Positions 49,891 through 61,000 of a stretch of DNA of 64,000 bases are shown here, piece by piece (within the stretch, counting starts at the first letter, position 1; the number at the start of each line of letters is the position of its first letter). This DNA is from Lama glama (lineage: Eukaryota), in NCBI GenBank assembly GCA_028534125.1, contig CM052822.1, positions 78,058,001 through 78,122,000 of the forward strand, read 5' to 3'. The position numbers were made by a program, and so were the translations under genes. The notes under the pieces are model-generated. The model did no database searches and was not told where the DNA came from. It was given only the letters and a program-made list of their open reading frames with translations.

Positions 49891-52327
49891 CAGCTTTGTC
49901 CCAAGTTCACAGGGCCCCAGAATCCGTGTGCCACCCCTAGACTGGCCCTCAGTGCCCTGGGCGGTGGCAGCTCTGATGCTGGTCAGTCTCCAGGGGAAGA
50001 CATGGCTCCTGGGAGGGGCTCTGACAGCCCCACCAGCTCCCATGTTTCTCCTGAGCAGCCTCCTGGGAACACCTCCCCCAACCAGTTTCCTGCACCTGCC
50101 AACCCTCGTGGTCCCTGAGACCTCAGTGCCCCTGGCCTCAGGCAGCACGTGCTCCCTGGGCCATTTCTCCGCCTTGTCCCCCAGCCTGGATGCCTTGCCC
50201 GGGGTGGCTAAGTTCCTCAGCCTCCTCCCCCATGAAGACTGTCTGGATTAAACGGGCTGGTCTCGGTGGCTTCATCATCTGCACCGCAGCCTGTGACCTC
50301 TCGTCAGCAGGGAGACCTTCCTGCCTCCTCCCAGGGGAAGGTGAGGCTGCTCACCCCCCAGGTGGAGCGTTTATTTCTAAAATTCTATGTGAGGGCTCCT
50401 AGCATTAAGTCACAGCACATACACTAAGGACACATTGCAGTGGACGGAGTGGCCGGGAGAGGGAGGGCGCTCGGGCCCCCCGCCCCACCCCCAACGGTCC
50501 TCCAGCGGGACGGGTCAATATTCCGCTTTTTACCTTCCTACGCCACTCATTCCTTCAGAAGTGCTTCTGTCCTTTCACTGGTGACTGGCCTCGGGGACAA
50601 GTGTCCTTCCCAGACAACTTGTGGGGGTCCCTTGCTTCCACCTGCTGTCCAGACGCAGGGAGCTTTGCCGCTGACTCCACCACATCTTCAGTTACGACGG
50701 AAGCAGCTGAACACCAGGAACAGCGGGTTCCTGGGATCGGCCTGGATCTCGCGTGACTCACCGCCTGGTCTCTGAGTCCCCGGCACGCAGTTTGCGGGGG
50801 TCGTCATGCCAGCCTTCTGATAAACATAAACGTTTCCTCGTGGCGCCCGGATGACTGACCACCGCAGACTGGTCTCCCTGTGGTCTTGGTGAGTCCTGAG
50901 GTCCCGGCACACGGTCCCCACCATCCACACACCAGTCACCAGAGAGCCAGGTCCCCGGATGGTGACTCTGGTCTAGTGAACGTGCCCCACGGCCTCTCCT
51001 GTGAGACTGGGCCGCAGCTCCAGAGCCTGAAGGATGGGTCCTTTCACCTGCTTTCTGTGGGTGAGAAGCTGTACAAACGGCCAGTGGGGTTCACATCTGC
51101 CATGTCTCCAGGTGTCTGGGTCCCAGAGGGGGATGATGCCCGGCACAAGGACAGGTGTGGGGCTGGGAGTTCGCCCAAACCTGCCATAAGGGGTCAAAGG
51201 GCAGAAAGCAGGACCCGGGACTGAGGGGCAGACGCTACCCATTGCAGGTCCCCTTGGCTTCCCGGCTCCAGCTGCCCACAGCCTGTGCCCTTGGAGTCGA
51301 GAAAGTACCTGGACGCCCACTTCAAATAAAGCACCGGTTAATCAGAAAGGCCCGAGTCCAGGGTCCGTGGTGGAGAGCTGGGGACGCTGACTGTGTGGGT
51401 CTCCAGGCTGGCCGGGTGGTGGACATGCGTCTGGACACATGATGGCGTCTGAGCTGGGCAGGGCGCTGTCATCTGGGCCCCCTCGCACCAGGCGTAGCAG
51501 CCACCCGGCCGGCTGAAGACTGAGTCAGCTCGCAGCCGGGGCAACTCAACTGAGAGGCAATCACCCGGCTTCCTTTCCATCTGCCTTTCACACATGAGCT
51601 CAAAACACAATTTTCTACCCCAAATACAATGTTTCCACATCCCACTTAGACTTGAGACATCATCAGACTGCGACTCAGGTGACTTGAAATCTGAAAACCT
51701 CACAGCACAGCAGAGGCTCTTGGAGTGAACCTCTAGCCAGCCCGCCTGGCAAGTGCATTTGCTGGTGCTGGTCCCCAGACGGTGTCTCACTAGGAGGCTG
51801 GACTTCTGGTCAAGGTTCTTTTTCCAAAAGGGACACATACCCAAATGTTCTCTGAAAGGTCAGCTCTAACGCAGCGTAACCATTATCCATCCAGGGAAGA
51901 GGCTCTCCGAGTTGCTGGCTCGGCGCACAGCAGGGTGTCAGCACATGTCTGTGCCTCGAGCTGTGAGCCGACTGCTCCGGGAACTGCAGGCACGGGACTC
52001 GGGACCCAGCCGCGCCCGCACCAGAGCCTGAGGAGCACCCTGTGAACTCAGCCCCGGGCGCCCTCCCACCGCGAGGCCGCGCGTGTGACCGGGAGGAAGC
52101 AGGCACAGACGAGTGGCCCGGCCAGCTGGACACCTCCACTTCCTCTTCATTTTGTCTTCATGCCCTCTGAGGCCAGCTGCTGCGTTCATCACTCTCCTCA
52201 TGTCTGGTCCGAACCGGTCCGGCATCTGTGCCTCCCGGCCCAAGACTCAGACATCCCTGAAGCGAGTGCCTCAGCCCCCGAGGTCACCTCCAGGCTCTGC
52301 TTTTTGGTGAAAACGTGGACTCCTGGC

Positions 52328-52630
52328 TGCTCTGGGAGGAATGTCTGTGTTCCCTCAAATTGCTGTGTTGAATCCTAACCCCCAAGGTGGCAGTGTCAGG
52401 AGGCGATGAGGTCACAAGGTAGAGCCATGGTGACGGGGTGAGTGCCCTAGTAACAGATCCCACAGAGCTCCCTCGCCCCTTCCCCACGTGAGGACGCAGC
52501 AAGAAGCTGCCGGCTGTGGCCCAGAAGCGGCCCTCCGCCGGACACGGATCTGCGGGCCCTGGATCTCAGACTCCCGGCCTCCAGACGGTGAGAAGTGTCT
52601 GTAGCTGAGGCTGCCCAGTCAGAGGTGCCT
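52328..52630 (+). mobile_element. MLT1A0-like MaLR solo LTR
   Basis: gaatgtctgtgttccctcaaatt...tgttgaatcctaacccccaaggtg...agagctccctcgcccctt...gtgaggacgcagc...tcagactcccggcctccagacggtgaga. Confidence 0.85.
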
Positions 52631-53015
52631 GTCACCGCGGCCAGCGGGACCGAGACCCCGGCTTCTGTGGCCTAACTCCCCTTGTCCATGTTGTTATTAA
52701 ATAAACAATCAAGGAAAGTCCCCACAAAAAATAAATGTTTAGCGCAGCAAAAACATCTTGCAGGACCCACCCTGCACTGGGTTTTGGGAAGTTAACCGCA
52801 GAGGGAACCCCTCCCCGACGGGAACCCCGTCTCCAGGGGAGAGACAATGGCAAGGAACAGTGTGTCCACTGACAGTCACTGGACAGGACACCTGCGGCCG
52901 GGGAGGGGGAGGGTGGGGGAGGGGTGTCCACACGGCCTTCCGGACTTGCCAGCAAGAAGGGCTGAGATAGAACAAACGCCTTTCAACAAAACCTGGCCAT
53001 CGAGGGGCACGTGCT

Positions 53016-53160
53016 GGGGGGCGGGGCCCCTGGGAGGTGGGGGAAGGGTGGGGCCCCTGGGGGTGGGGGCGGGGCGGGGCCCCTGGGGTGGGGGAGGGGC
53101 GGGGCCCCTGGGAGGTGGGGGAGGGGTGGGGCCACTGTGGGGAGGGGTCACTGGGGGGGC
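53016..53160 (+). repeat. G-rich minisatellite (~26-27-bp unit x ~5), G-quadruplex-forming
   Basis: Unit ggggcggggcccctgggaggtggggga repeated with small variations. Confidence 0.9.
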
Positions 53161-53676
53161 TTCCCACTGGGAGGCTTCTGCACCGTGGCCTCCAGAAGAC
53201 GCTTACGGAGCCCCTGATCCGTCCCGTGTCACTTTTAATTAGAAGATGCCCGTGAGTGATGTGAATTCACCTGAGGGGGGCTGGGGGCAAAGACAGGACT
53301 GCTGCCTGCTGAGTCGGGCTGGGGGGAGCCATGCACACAGCAGGCACTAACCGATGTGCACCCACCACCGGCACAGATAGCCAAGGTGTAACCCCGCACT
53401 GAGGGGTGTGCTCGGGTTCTGAGCAGAGCAGAGGGGACCCCAAGTGGCCAGTTCTCAGGTGCCCACTCGGGGGGACCTCGGTGCAGAGGGGCTTGGATGT
53501 GTGGCTGCCCTCCTCCTGCCCCTGAGCCACCTGTCAAGGTCAGGTTCCCCCCACCTTACATCTGCTGCCACAGGAATCAGGGCGTGTGAGTGGGGTAGGG
53601 CCCCGCAAGCCTCTCCCTCCTGTCCCCCCGACAGAGACGGCCAAGCCCGTCCCAGCACAGAGGATGCGCGCCTCAC

Positions 53677-53871
53677 CAGGACCATGTGGCCGGTCGAGAT
53701 GTCCATGTTGGGCTGCACAGGCTCCTCCGACCAGGACGAGGTGCTGCTCCGCGCAGAGGGGCTGGGCATCGGCCCGTCGCTGAACTGAGACGACACGCTG
53801 CTGACGCGGGACGTGTGCGGGGCCTCCGGGCGCTCGGACGTGCGCACGGCCATGCGCTGCCGGCACAGCTC
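53677..53871 (-). CDS. PTPRN2: PTPRN2 coding exon (195 nt, phase 0-0; probably human exon 14), Ser-rich cytoplasmic segment
   Basis: Acceptor ccctccctgtcttgcAG|GAG, donor CTG|GTgagg. Translates to [65 protein letters not shown] (65 aa); contained in ORF 53455..53877. Confidence 0.97.
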
Positions 53872-53956
53872 CTGCAAGACAGGGAGGGCGCGAGTGAGTG
53901 CCGGCGGGGGTCAGAGCTGGGTCCTGAGAGCCAAGGGGCTGGGGATTCACCTGTGA

Positions 53957-54047
53957 CCACACATACCTGCAGATACACACGCAGACAAATATGCTGGAGA
54001 CACACATGCCACATGGTACACACAGGTACACATACACAGACACACAG
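53957..54047. repeat. Degenerate (CA)n tract, UG-rich in the pre-mRNA
   Basis: cacacatacctgcagatacacacgcagac...ggtacacacaggtacacatacacagacacacag. Confidence 0.7.
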
Positions 54048-54995
54048 GTTCAGAAGAAGGTGTGCTCTGACCCAGGTGCCCTCCTCCTGTATCAGAGTGT
54101 GGGCCACGGAGGGAGGCGAGGGGTTTTGCACGATGGACGGAAACACAGACACTGGCACCAGAGTCGGGGGGTGTTCAGGGAAAACCCCTCTTTCTGTTCT
54201 TCTCCTTGTTCCCTAAACTCCGCCCAAGCCGACAGGACAAAGTGCATCTGTGGAGGATGGTGCCGGGCTGGTGGGAGACGCCCGCTCTGCTGGGCACACC
54301 GCCGGGCAGGGCTCGGGTGTCGGCGAGCTGAAGGCCCGGCCCCATGGAGAACCACAGAGCCCCTCCGGGTCCCCGCGGAGTCTTGGGCCGCCTTGCACAG
54401 GGACGTTTAGCCAGCCCTCGTGGGAGGCCCGGCCGCGCCCTCGGCCCCGCACGGCTGCCAGACATGGGGCTCCGGCTGCCTCCCCGTCACCCCAGACCCA
54501 GCCGGATGCCCCCGACTCCGGAGCATCAGCGGTGATAGGAACATCTCAGCCTTCCGCTGGAGCCTCTGAATAAACCACACGGAGGGAAGTCTGTCAGAGT
54601 CTGAGCCCACGAGCTGCGCACGTGCCCAGGGGCCACCCCGCCTGCCCTCCGGCCCCAGGCGGCTGGGTCTCCGCACCCTCCGTGGGCTTCCCCTCTGTCA
54701 CCCGGACTGCTGCTTTCCTCAGCACTGGAGGTCCCTGAGAAGCCACCGAGGGCGGGTGGCAAGGCCCCCGGAGCTCCCTGGGGACGCTGCGCTGGCCCCG
54801 GGGGCCTGTCCAGGTGGGAGGACGGCCTGGGTGCGTTGAGGGGGCTGCTGGGCACCACCAGACGTGAACCCCCTCCCCACTAGAGCGACTGGTCACAGGG
54901 ACCAGTGTGGGTGCCTGCGGAGGACCGTGGAAAGGACAAGTGAAAATGGAAAAGGGCCAACGGTGAGGTGAGGTGGGGTCTCTGACGAGAGCGTC

Positions 54996-55059
54996 CCACC
55001 CCCCAATCCCTGCCCCCGTCCCTCCCCGGCCCCTCCCCCTCCCCCTCCCTGCCCCACCT
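54996..55059 (-). repeat. C-rich low-complexity tract (G-runs in the pre-mRNA)
   Basis: cccaccccccaatccctgcccccgtccctccccggcccctccccctccccctccctgccccacc. Confidence 0.7.
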
Positions 55060-58000
55060 CGTCCAGCGCTCAGAATTACACGTGGTTTCTAAACAACAAA
55101 TTTGTTTGAAAAATCCACCCATGTTTTCCCAGAATCTCAAAAACACAGAGCCCCAGACACAAGGAGCCAAGTCCACCTCTCACTTCCCACTAAGGCACAC
55201 GGGACGTTGCTCGAATGGGGGAAACACACCAAAAACGTTTCTGCAGTAACGTCTACGGTTCAACACAGCTCACCCAGGACAGGTCTGACGGAGCTGAGGC
55301 CAAGGGAGCTCAGAGCACGTCCGCCGAGAGAGGGCTCCTCGGGGAAGAGGATCTGAGGTGCGAGGTCTCCTCCCCGAGAAATGAAGCACCAGGCCCGCCG
55401 GCGGCTGCCTGTGAAGCTGCTGGTGACCGCCCAGCCTGCATGCGGCCTTCCTGGCTCCCCGGGGGAGGCCAGGCTCTGTGAGAACTTGGGCGAGCCACTC
55501 CAGGTCCCCGAGCCTGCGTGTTCCCATTGAGAGGAGGAAGTAACAAAACGGTACAGAAGAAGGAAAGGATCTGTGCAGGTGGAGCTCCCAGCACGGTGCC
55601 TGCTGCCCCATCCCCTTCGTTGCCCAGAGCAACAGCGGAGGAGCCGCAGCGACGAAAGGAAGACAGTTCTCTGAACCAGAATCGAGTCTCGGCAGCTTGG
55701 CGAGTTCAGAGATGTTTCTAGAGGAGACGCAGGATTTCAGAGCTGGCCGACTCAAACCTCCTCATCTGACAGGTGATCAGTGCCGGTTCAGAGGCGCAGC
55801 CAAGGCCACATCGGCGCCCGCTGGTCCCACCAGGGCTGGACCCAGGCCCCGCACCCTACCCGGTGCTACAGAGCCCTGATTCTCCCTGTGGGTCTTCATT
55901 TTTTTTTTTTAAATAAAAGTGTTTTAAAAAGAAGGAAGCTGCAGTGAAGATCCAAGAAAAATCAGTTCCCCCCACCCCCCAACAGCAAGGGAAACCCAGC
56001 CCTGGGCGCCTTGACTGGGGAGAGGGAGCCGGAGGCTGGGAGCCGCTGGGGACGGGTCTCCGTGGGGGGTGGTTCCCGAGCTGGCAGACCCACCACCTGC
56101 GGGGAACCCCGGGGGGTCAGGCCTCTCTCACTGCACGCTCTCACCTACTGGTGACAGTGGGTGCGTCTGCTAAGGTGGGCACTTGACTCTGAACTGACTG
56201 CTGACAGGTTCCCAGGAAATAAACAACGAGGGGGCAGGACCGTGCGAGGTGGCGAAGCCCGGGTCTCCCTGCAGGAGGGTCAGGCCGGTGGTGGGAACCC
56301 CGGGCTTGAAGCCACTGCCCGTGCGAGGGCCCGACCTGGTGCCAGTGGACGGAGGGAGGTGACACACCCGAGATGCAGCAGCTGCCGTGCAGCTGAGCTC
56401 CTGGGTCACCCGCCGAGGCGGCATTCCGGGCCCTTGAGGTCCTGCGCCCCATGACATGCATGACAAGTCCCCAAGGCTGTGTGGTGGAGAGTCCTCCTGG
56501 GTCCCAGAATCAGGGAACACCTGCTCCCCCAGAGGAGCTGTGGTGAGAACCGTCCCGTCTCTGTGACCTGGGTTCTCGCCCGGCTTCCAGGAGACTCACA
56601 CCTACTCACACCCTGGAGTCAAGACGCTGGATTCCTAGAGCTGGCTGCAGCAGCCAGGGCTGTGTGGCCCCGGGCGAACCACCTATCCTCTCTGTGCCTC
56701 AGACAGGAACCCGCAGCAACTGCATGGCTCCCCGGAGGACTGGATCACACCATGTGCTCAGAAGGAGCCTTCAGAGCTGAGCCTGCACACCCCAGGTGAC
56801 GACCTCCTACCACCGTGAATCCACGCACCGTCCAGTTATTAGCATGTCCGACACTACGCTGGACTCCAGGAATGCTGGGGTGAATGAGACCGAGGTGGGG
56901 GGCCCGACCTGCTGGCGCTCACAGTCCAGACAGAGCTGAACGGTGACAAGGAGGCGTAAGGACATCTGCTGGGTGTTAGGACGGGAGCCCAGGTGGGTGG
57001 GGAGCCGCAGGCGGGAACCAGAGAGCTGAGGCTGGGTCACCGCTGAGGCCAGAGAAGAACTTCCCGGGGGTGGAGCCACGGGGGGTGAGCAGGGGGACGT
57101 GGCTCCGTGTCACCCCGCTGGCAGCACCGCTGAGACCCAGCCCCCATCTGCAATCTGACCGCTCCTGGCAGTGTGACTCCGCCGTGCTGCCACACTGTCT
57201 GGAGGTGCAAGTCTGGCTGGAGGCCCTGCCGACGGGGACGTGGCCTCTTGTGTGCGTGCGGGCTGGAGCCCACCTGCACTGATGGGCTGTGAACGTGGCG
57301 GAGAACTGCGCACCTGCAGCTGGCATCTCCCTGCTGAGGCAGCCTGGCTCGTGGCCGAGCTTTCCTGGGCCGACTGGAGGCAGTCCCCTCAGCCCACAGC
57401 TCGCTCGTCCACAGGGGTCTGCCTGCCACTTTCCGCGAGGCTGGGGTCCGAGCTCCACCCTGCGCAGGAGTGGGCACAGGGGGCCTCTACTCCATCTGCC
57501 ACTCCTACCTCGTCTTTTGGACCTGAGGCTGGGTGGGAACAGTGCCTGGGCCACGGCACAAGGCCAAGCAATCGGGGACTGTGGAGCCGGAGTGATGACA
57601 GCTGTGTGTGGGTCTCAGGTACTCTGAGGCTCACTGAGGTGTCTGATGGAATCCGGAGTCCGCCAGGCAGGGCTGGGAGAGCCAGGCTGCACACCCGCCG
57701 CAGGCAAACGCCCCCTCGGCTGCTTCCCTTAAGTTGACACAAGAAGCGCCGATCCACCGGCTTGTGACAGAGCCCGAGATCACTCACAAGTGGTTTAGTG
57801 CGACACGCCCCAGTCTGATGGACAAGCCCACCAGGAGGGGACACGCCATCCCGCTGCCTGAGGAAGGGGCTCGGAACCCGCATGTCTTCAGCACCGCAGG
57901 GCTGATTCTGCGTGCCGTCCCTCCACGTCACTGAGGACCTGAGCCACGAGCTCTCACGCCTGCCACGGCCTCTCGGCCTCCTCCCCCACCTGCTGCACAG

Positions 58001-61000
58001 TCACAGGACCCGGCAGGTGTCCCCAGAGAGGCAGGCAGGAGCCAAGAGATGCAGAAATCTCCGGGGAATCACCACACGACCTTTAGAACTGGTCCCTGAG
58101 GTTGATTATCCTTTGTAAATTATTAATAGAAATCCTATACGCTGTCCATTCTCTGTACTGCGACTTCAAAATTAAAAACGTCTAAGGAAAAATGAGCTTC
58201 TTTTTAGAACAGAGGAAAACAATGCAGACAGTGCCTGATTTAGCAGTGCTCTGGCCGGGGTCAGGAGACGAGCTGACGGGGCCTGAAGCCCCTCGGCTCG
58301 GATTCACGGTTTTGTGGAAGCCTGTCAGTCCTGTGCGCTGCTGGTCCGAGCCCTTGGGAAGGGAAGCCCGTGCTCCCACACCCTCCCGCCCCCAGACCAG
58401 AAAGTGACCCCGCGGGGCCTCAGCCTGGAGCCGTGCTCCTCATTTGGAAGTGTCACCTGTGCCTAGAAAGGCGACCGCAGTCCACCCGGGGACAGATGAC
58501 GGCACGCTCTCATTGACCCCTCTGGGGGAGAGAGACCCCGGGCTGGGCTCAAACATTTATTTAAAATGCAACTTCAAGTTCACAGCATTAGTTCTCATTG
58601 CAGGGCAAGGCTATGAGACCAGAGCACTCACCCGAGTTTATCGCCCTGCATTCGTTATCAAACCTGCAAGGGGGCCACGCAAGACCGGACAGGACCCCCA
58701 CGCCGAGGACAAGCCGAGACCAGCCTCCTATGAGTGACGTTCTGTCGAGTGAGTTTGCAACACAGGGCTGTGACCATCCGTGGAGGGCGTTTAATTTGAG
58801 CAAAAGGTACCTGACAACAGCAAATACCCTGCAAAGCATGCTCTGAGGAAGACAGATACCAGCCCACTTCCGTTCTGAGCTCTTCCTGGTTTGGCAGGAA
58901 GGGCAGAATCTACACTCAGGATGCAGACCCCCTGGCTGAGGTCACGGAAACCCTGACCTGCGAACTAGAGGGGCCGGCCAAGGTGCAGACGCAGTCAAGC
59001 CGTGGTTCCCTCCAGCGGCACACACACCCTGAGCCCGGTGGAGGCTTCTGGCCAACGGTCTTCACTTTGCAGGACGAGAAGGTGCAGCACCTTCCAGCCC
59101 CTCCGTTAAAAAAGTCTTTTAAGGTGGTTGAGATGCCGGCTGACTCTGCTTTACTTGGAACAGTGACTGCTCCCGACCTAGGATGGCACCGCTGCAACAA
59201 ACTGCCCCTGAGCACTTGGCCTGATGCCCTGGAGTTAGAAAGACAATTACGACTTTGTGCAGCAACCCAGGGACTCAGTGCCCAAGAGGCAATTAATTAT
59301 GAAGGAAGGAAGAAGACAGACAGATTGAACCAGTGAATCTTCCAGTCATAGACCTTCATGTGGGGTCGACCAGCCGTCCACGTAATTCGTCCCTAATGGT
59401 GCTTCCTTCCACGTCTGCAGAGCCACGGGTGCCGAGCACAAGAACCGCACCTTCGCAGACCTGGGGTGAGCCTCTCCCGGCACCGAGAGCTCCGCGGCCG
59501 GGAGCCGGCGCCCTCCTCCCAGATCTGTTTGTTTTCTCATCCCAGCGCAGGAAAGGAGAAGCCGGTGTGTGTGTCAATTAACAGAAAGTTGTTTTCTGGC
59601 AGCGAAAGCGGAGATCATGTACGCGGGGGTGGGGGGGCGTGCTGCTTTGGGTTTCAAGGCGTCCGTCTCTTCGGAGCTTCTGGACCCTCCCAGGAGCAGA
59701 GAAAATCACCAAGGGAAACAGACGCAAGCCATTCCAGCTCCGGGCGAGAGGGACGCTCACAGTGCAACGGGGCGGACGTGACCCTGGGCAAGCCCACAGC
59801 GGGACATCGACGCCTGTCCTCTCAGGAGGCAGGTCTTCCAGGGCCACCAGTGTCTCGGGAGGAGTCCCACGGAGGAAAGGAAGTCATCGGTGGTGGAGAA
59901 GGCAGAGCCAGGCCCGCTCTGTGCAGCTGGGCGTCGGGGGGCCCAGATTGCCCCAGTCAGAAGCGGCGCCTGGCTGCTCGCGAGCTGCGTGACCCTGGAC
60001 AGGCTGCCCGAGTCTCTGTGCCTCAGTCTGTCACCGGCGAAGTGGGTGTAACAGTGGAGCGGCTGCGCTGAGCTGCTGGGAGGATCCTAAGAGTGAACGG
60101 GTGACGCAGTGAACTCGGGCTGGCTCGAAGCGAAATCTAGCCACCATCAGCGTCCTCCTCATGCTGGACACAGCCTCCCCGCAGAGCCTCCTCGTCTGCA
60201 GACGGGGGAGGACACGGGAGTCAGGACACCACACCCGAGGGGCCCTGATCCACACGGGCCGCTGCCTGCTGCACTGCGCCACCAAGGGCCGTGCGGAGCC
60301 CTGTCTGCCGACCACCACTGTCTTGAGCAAGAATCTCTCCGCTCCCTTCCTGGGGAAATCGGAGCTTGGAAGTTTCCAAGAAGAAGGAAGCAGCATTCCC
60401 TCAGCCCCTAAACTTAAATGTTCCGTCGCAAAGCGACCAGACGTGTGAGGCTTGTGTCCCGCTGTTCTACCAGATCCAAATGGCTCCTCACCTGCCAGGA
60501 AAGCTAAGAGGGGCACCGACTCTCCAACAAGAAGACAGGAAACGCCCATCCTGGCGCCGCTGCCTCCGACCTGTCCGGGGCCAAGGGGCGTGGTGATCAG
60601 AGTCACCCCAGCAGCACACGCAGCCTCACTGGCCACCCGGAGGCCTTGAGCCCGGTCGCCCCCTGCCCGGGGCCCGGTCAGCAGAGCAGGGCAGCACCGG
60701 ACGTGCTTCCACACAAGAGCTTCCGAGTTTCAGAGGGAGTCCTTAGGGTGCGAGGACCCAGGCTCAGAAAACATGGGCACACACTGCGTGTCGAGCCACA
60801 GTCATTCCTTTCTGGAGAACCGCAGGGCACAGGCCCTGGGCGTCTCTGCAGCGTCTCGAGGTGTTTTGTACGTCTTTGTAACACAATTTGCTGAGTGCGT
60901 CGACTAGGATTCTGAGGCAGAAATCCACGCATACACGTAATAACGCAAACGTCCCCTCTCCGGCTGTCGCTGCCGAGCGAGACTCACCCCAAGAGAAAAG

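Noticed and set aside
57887-57907. RE1 half-sites (TTCAGCACC here; also ~45108, ~26300, ~32500, ~63829)
   Set aside because: The right half is missing or wrongly spaced.
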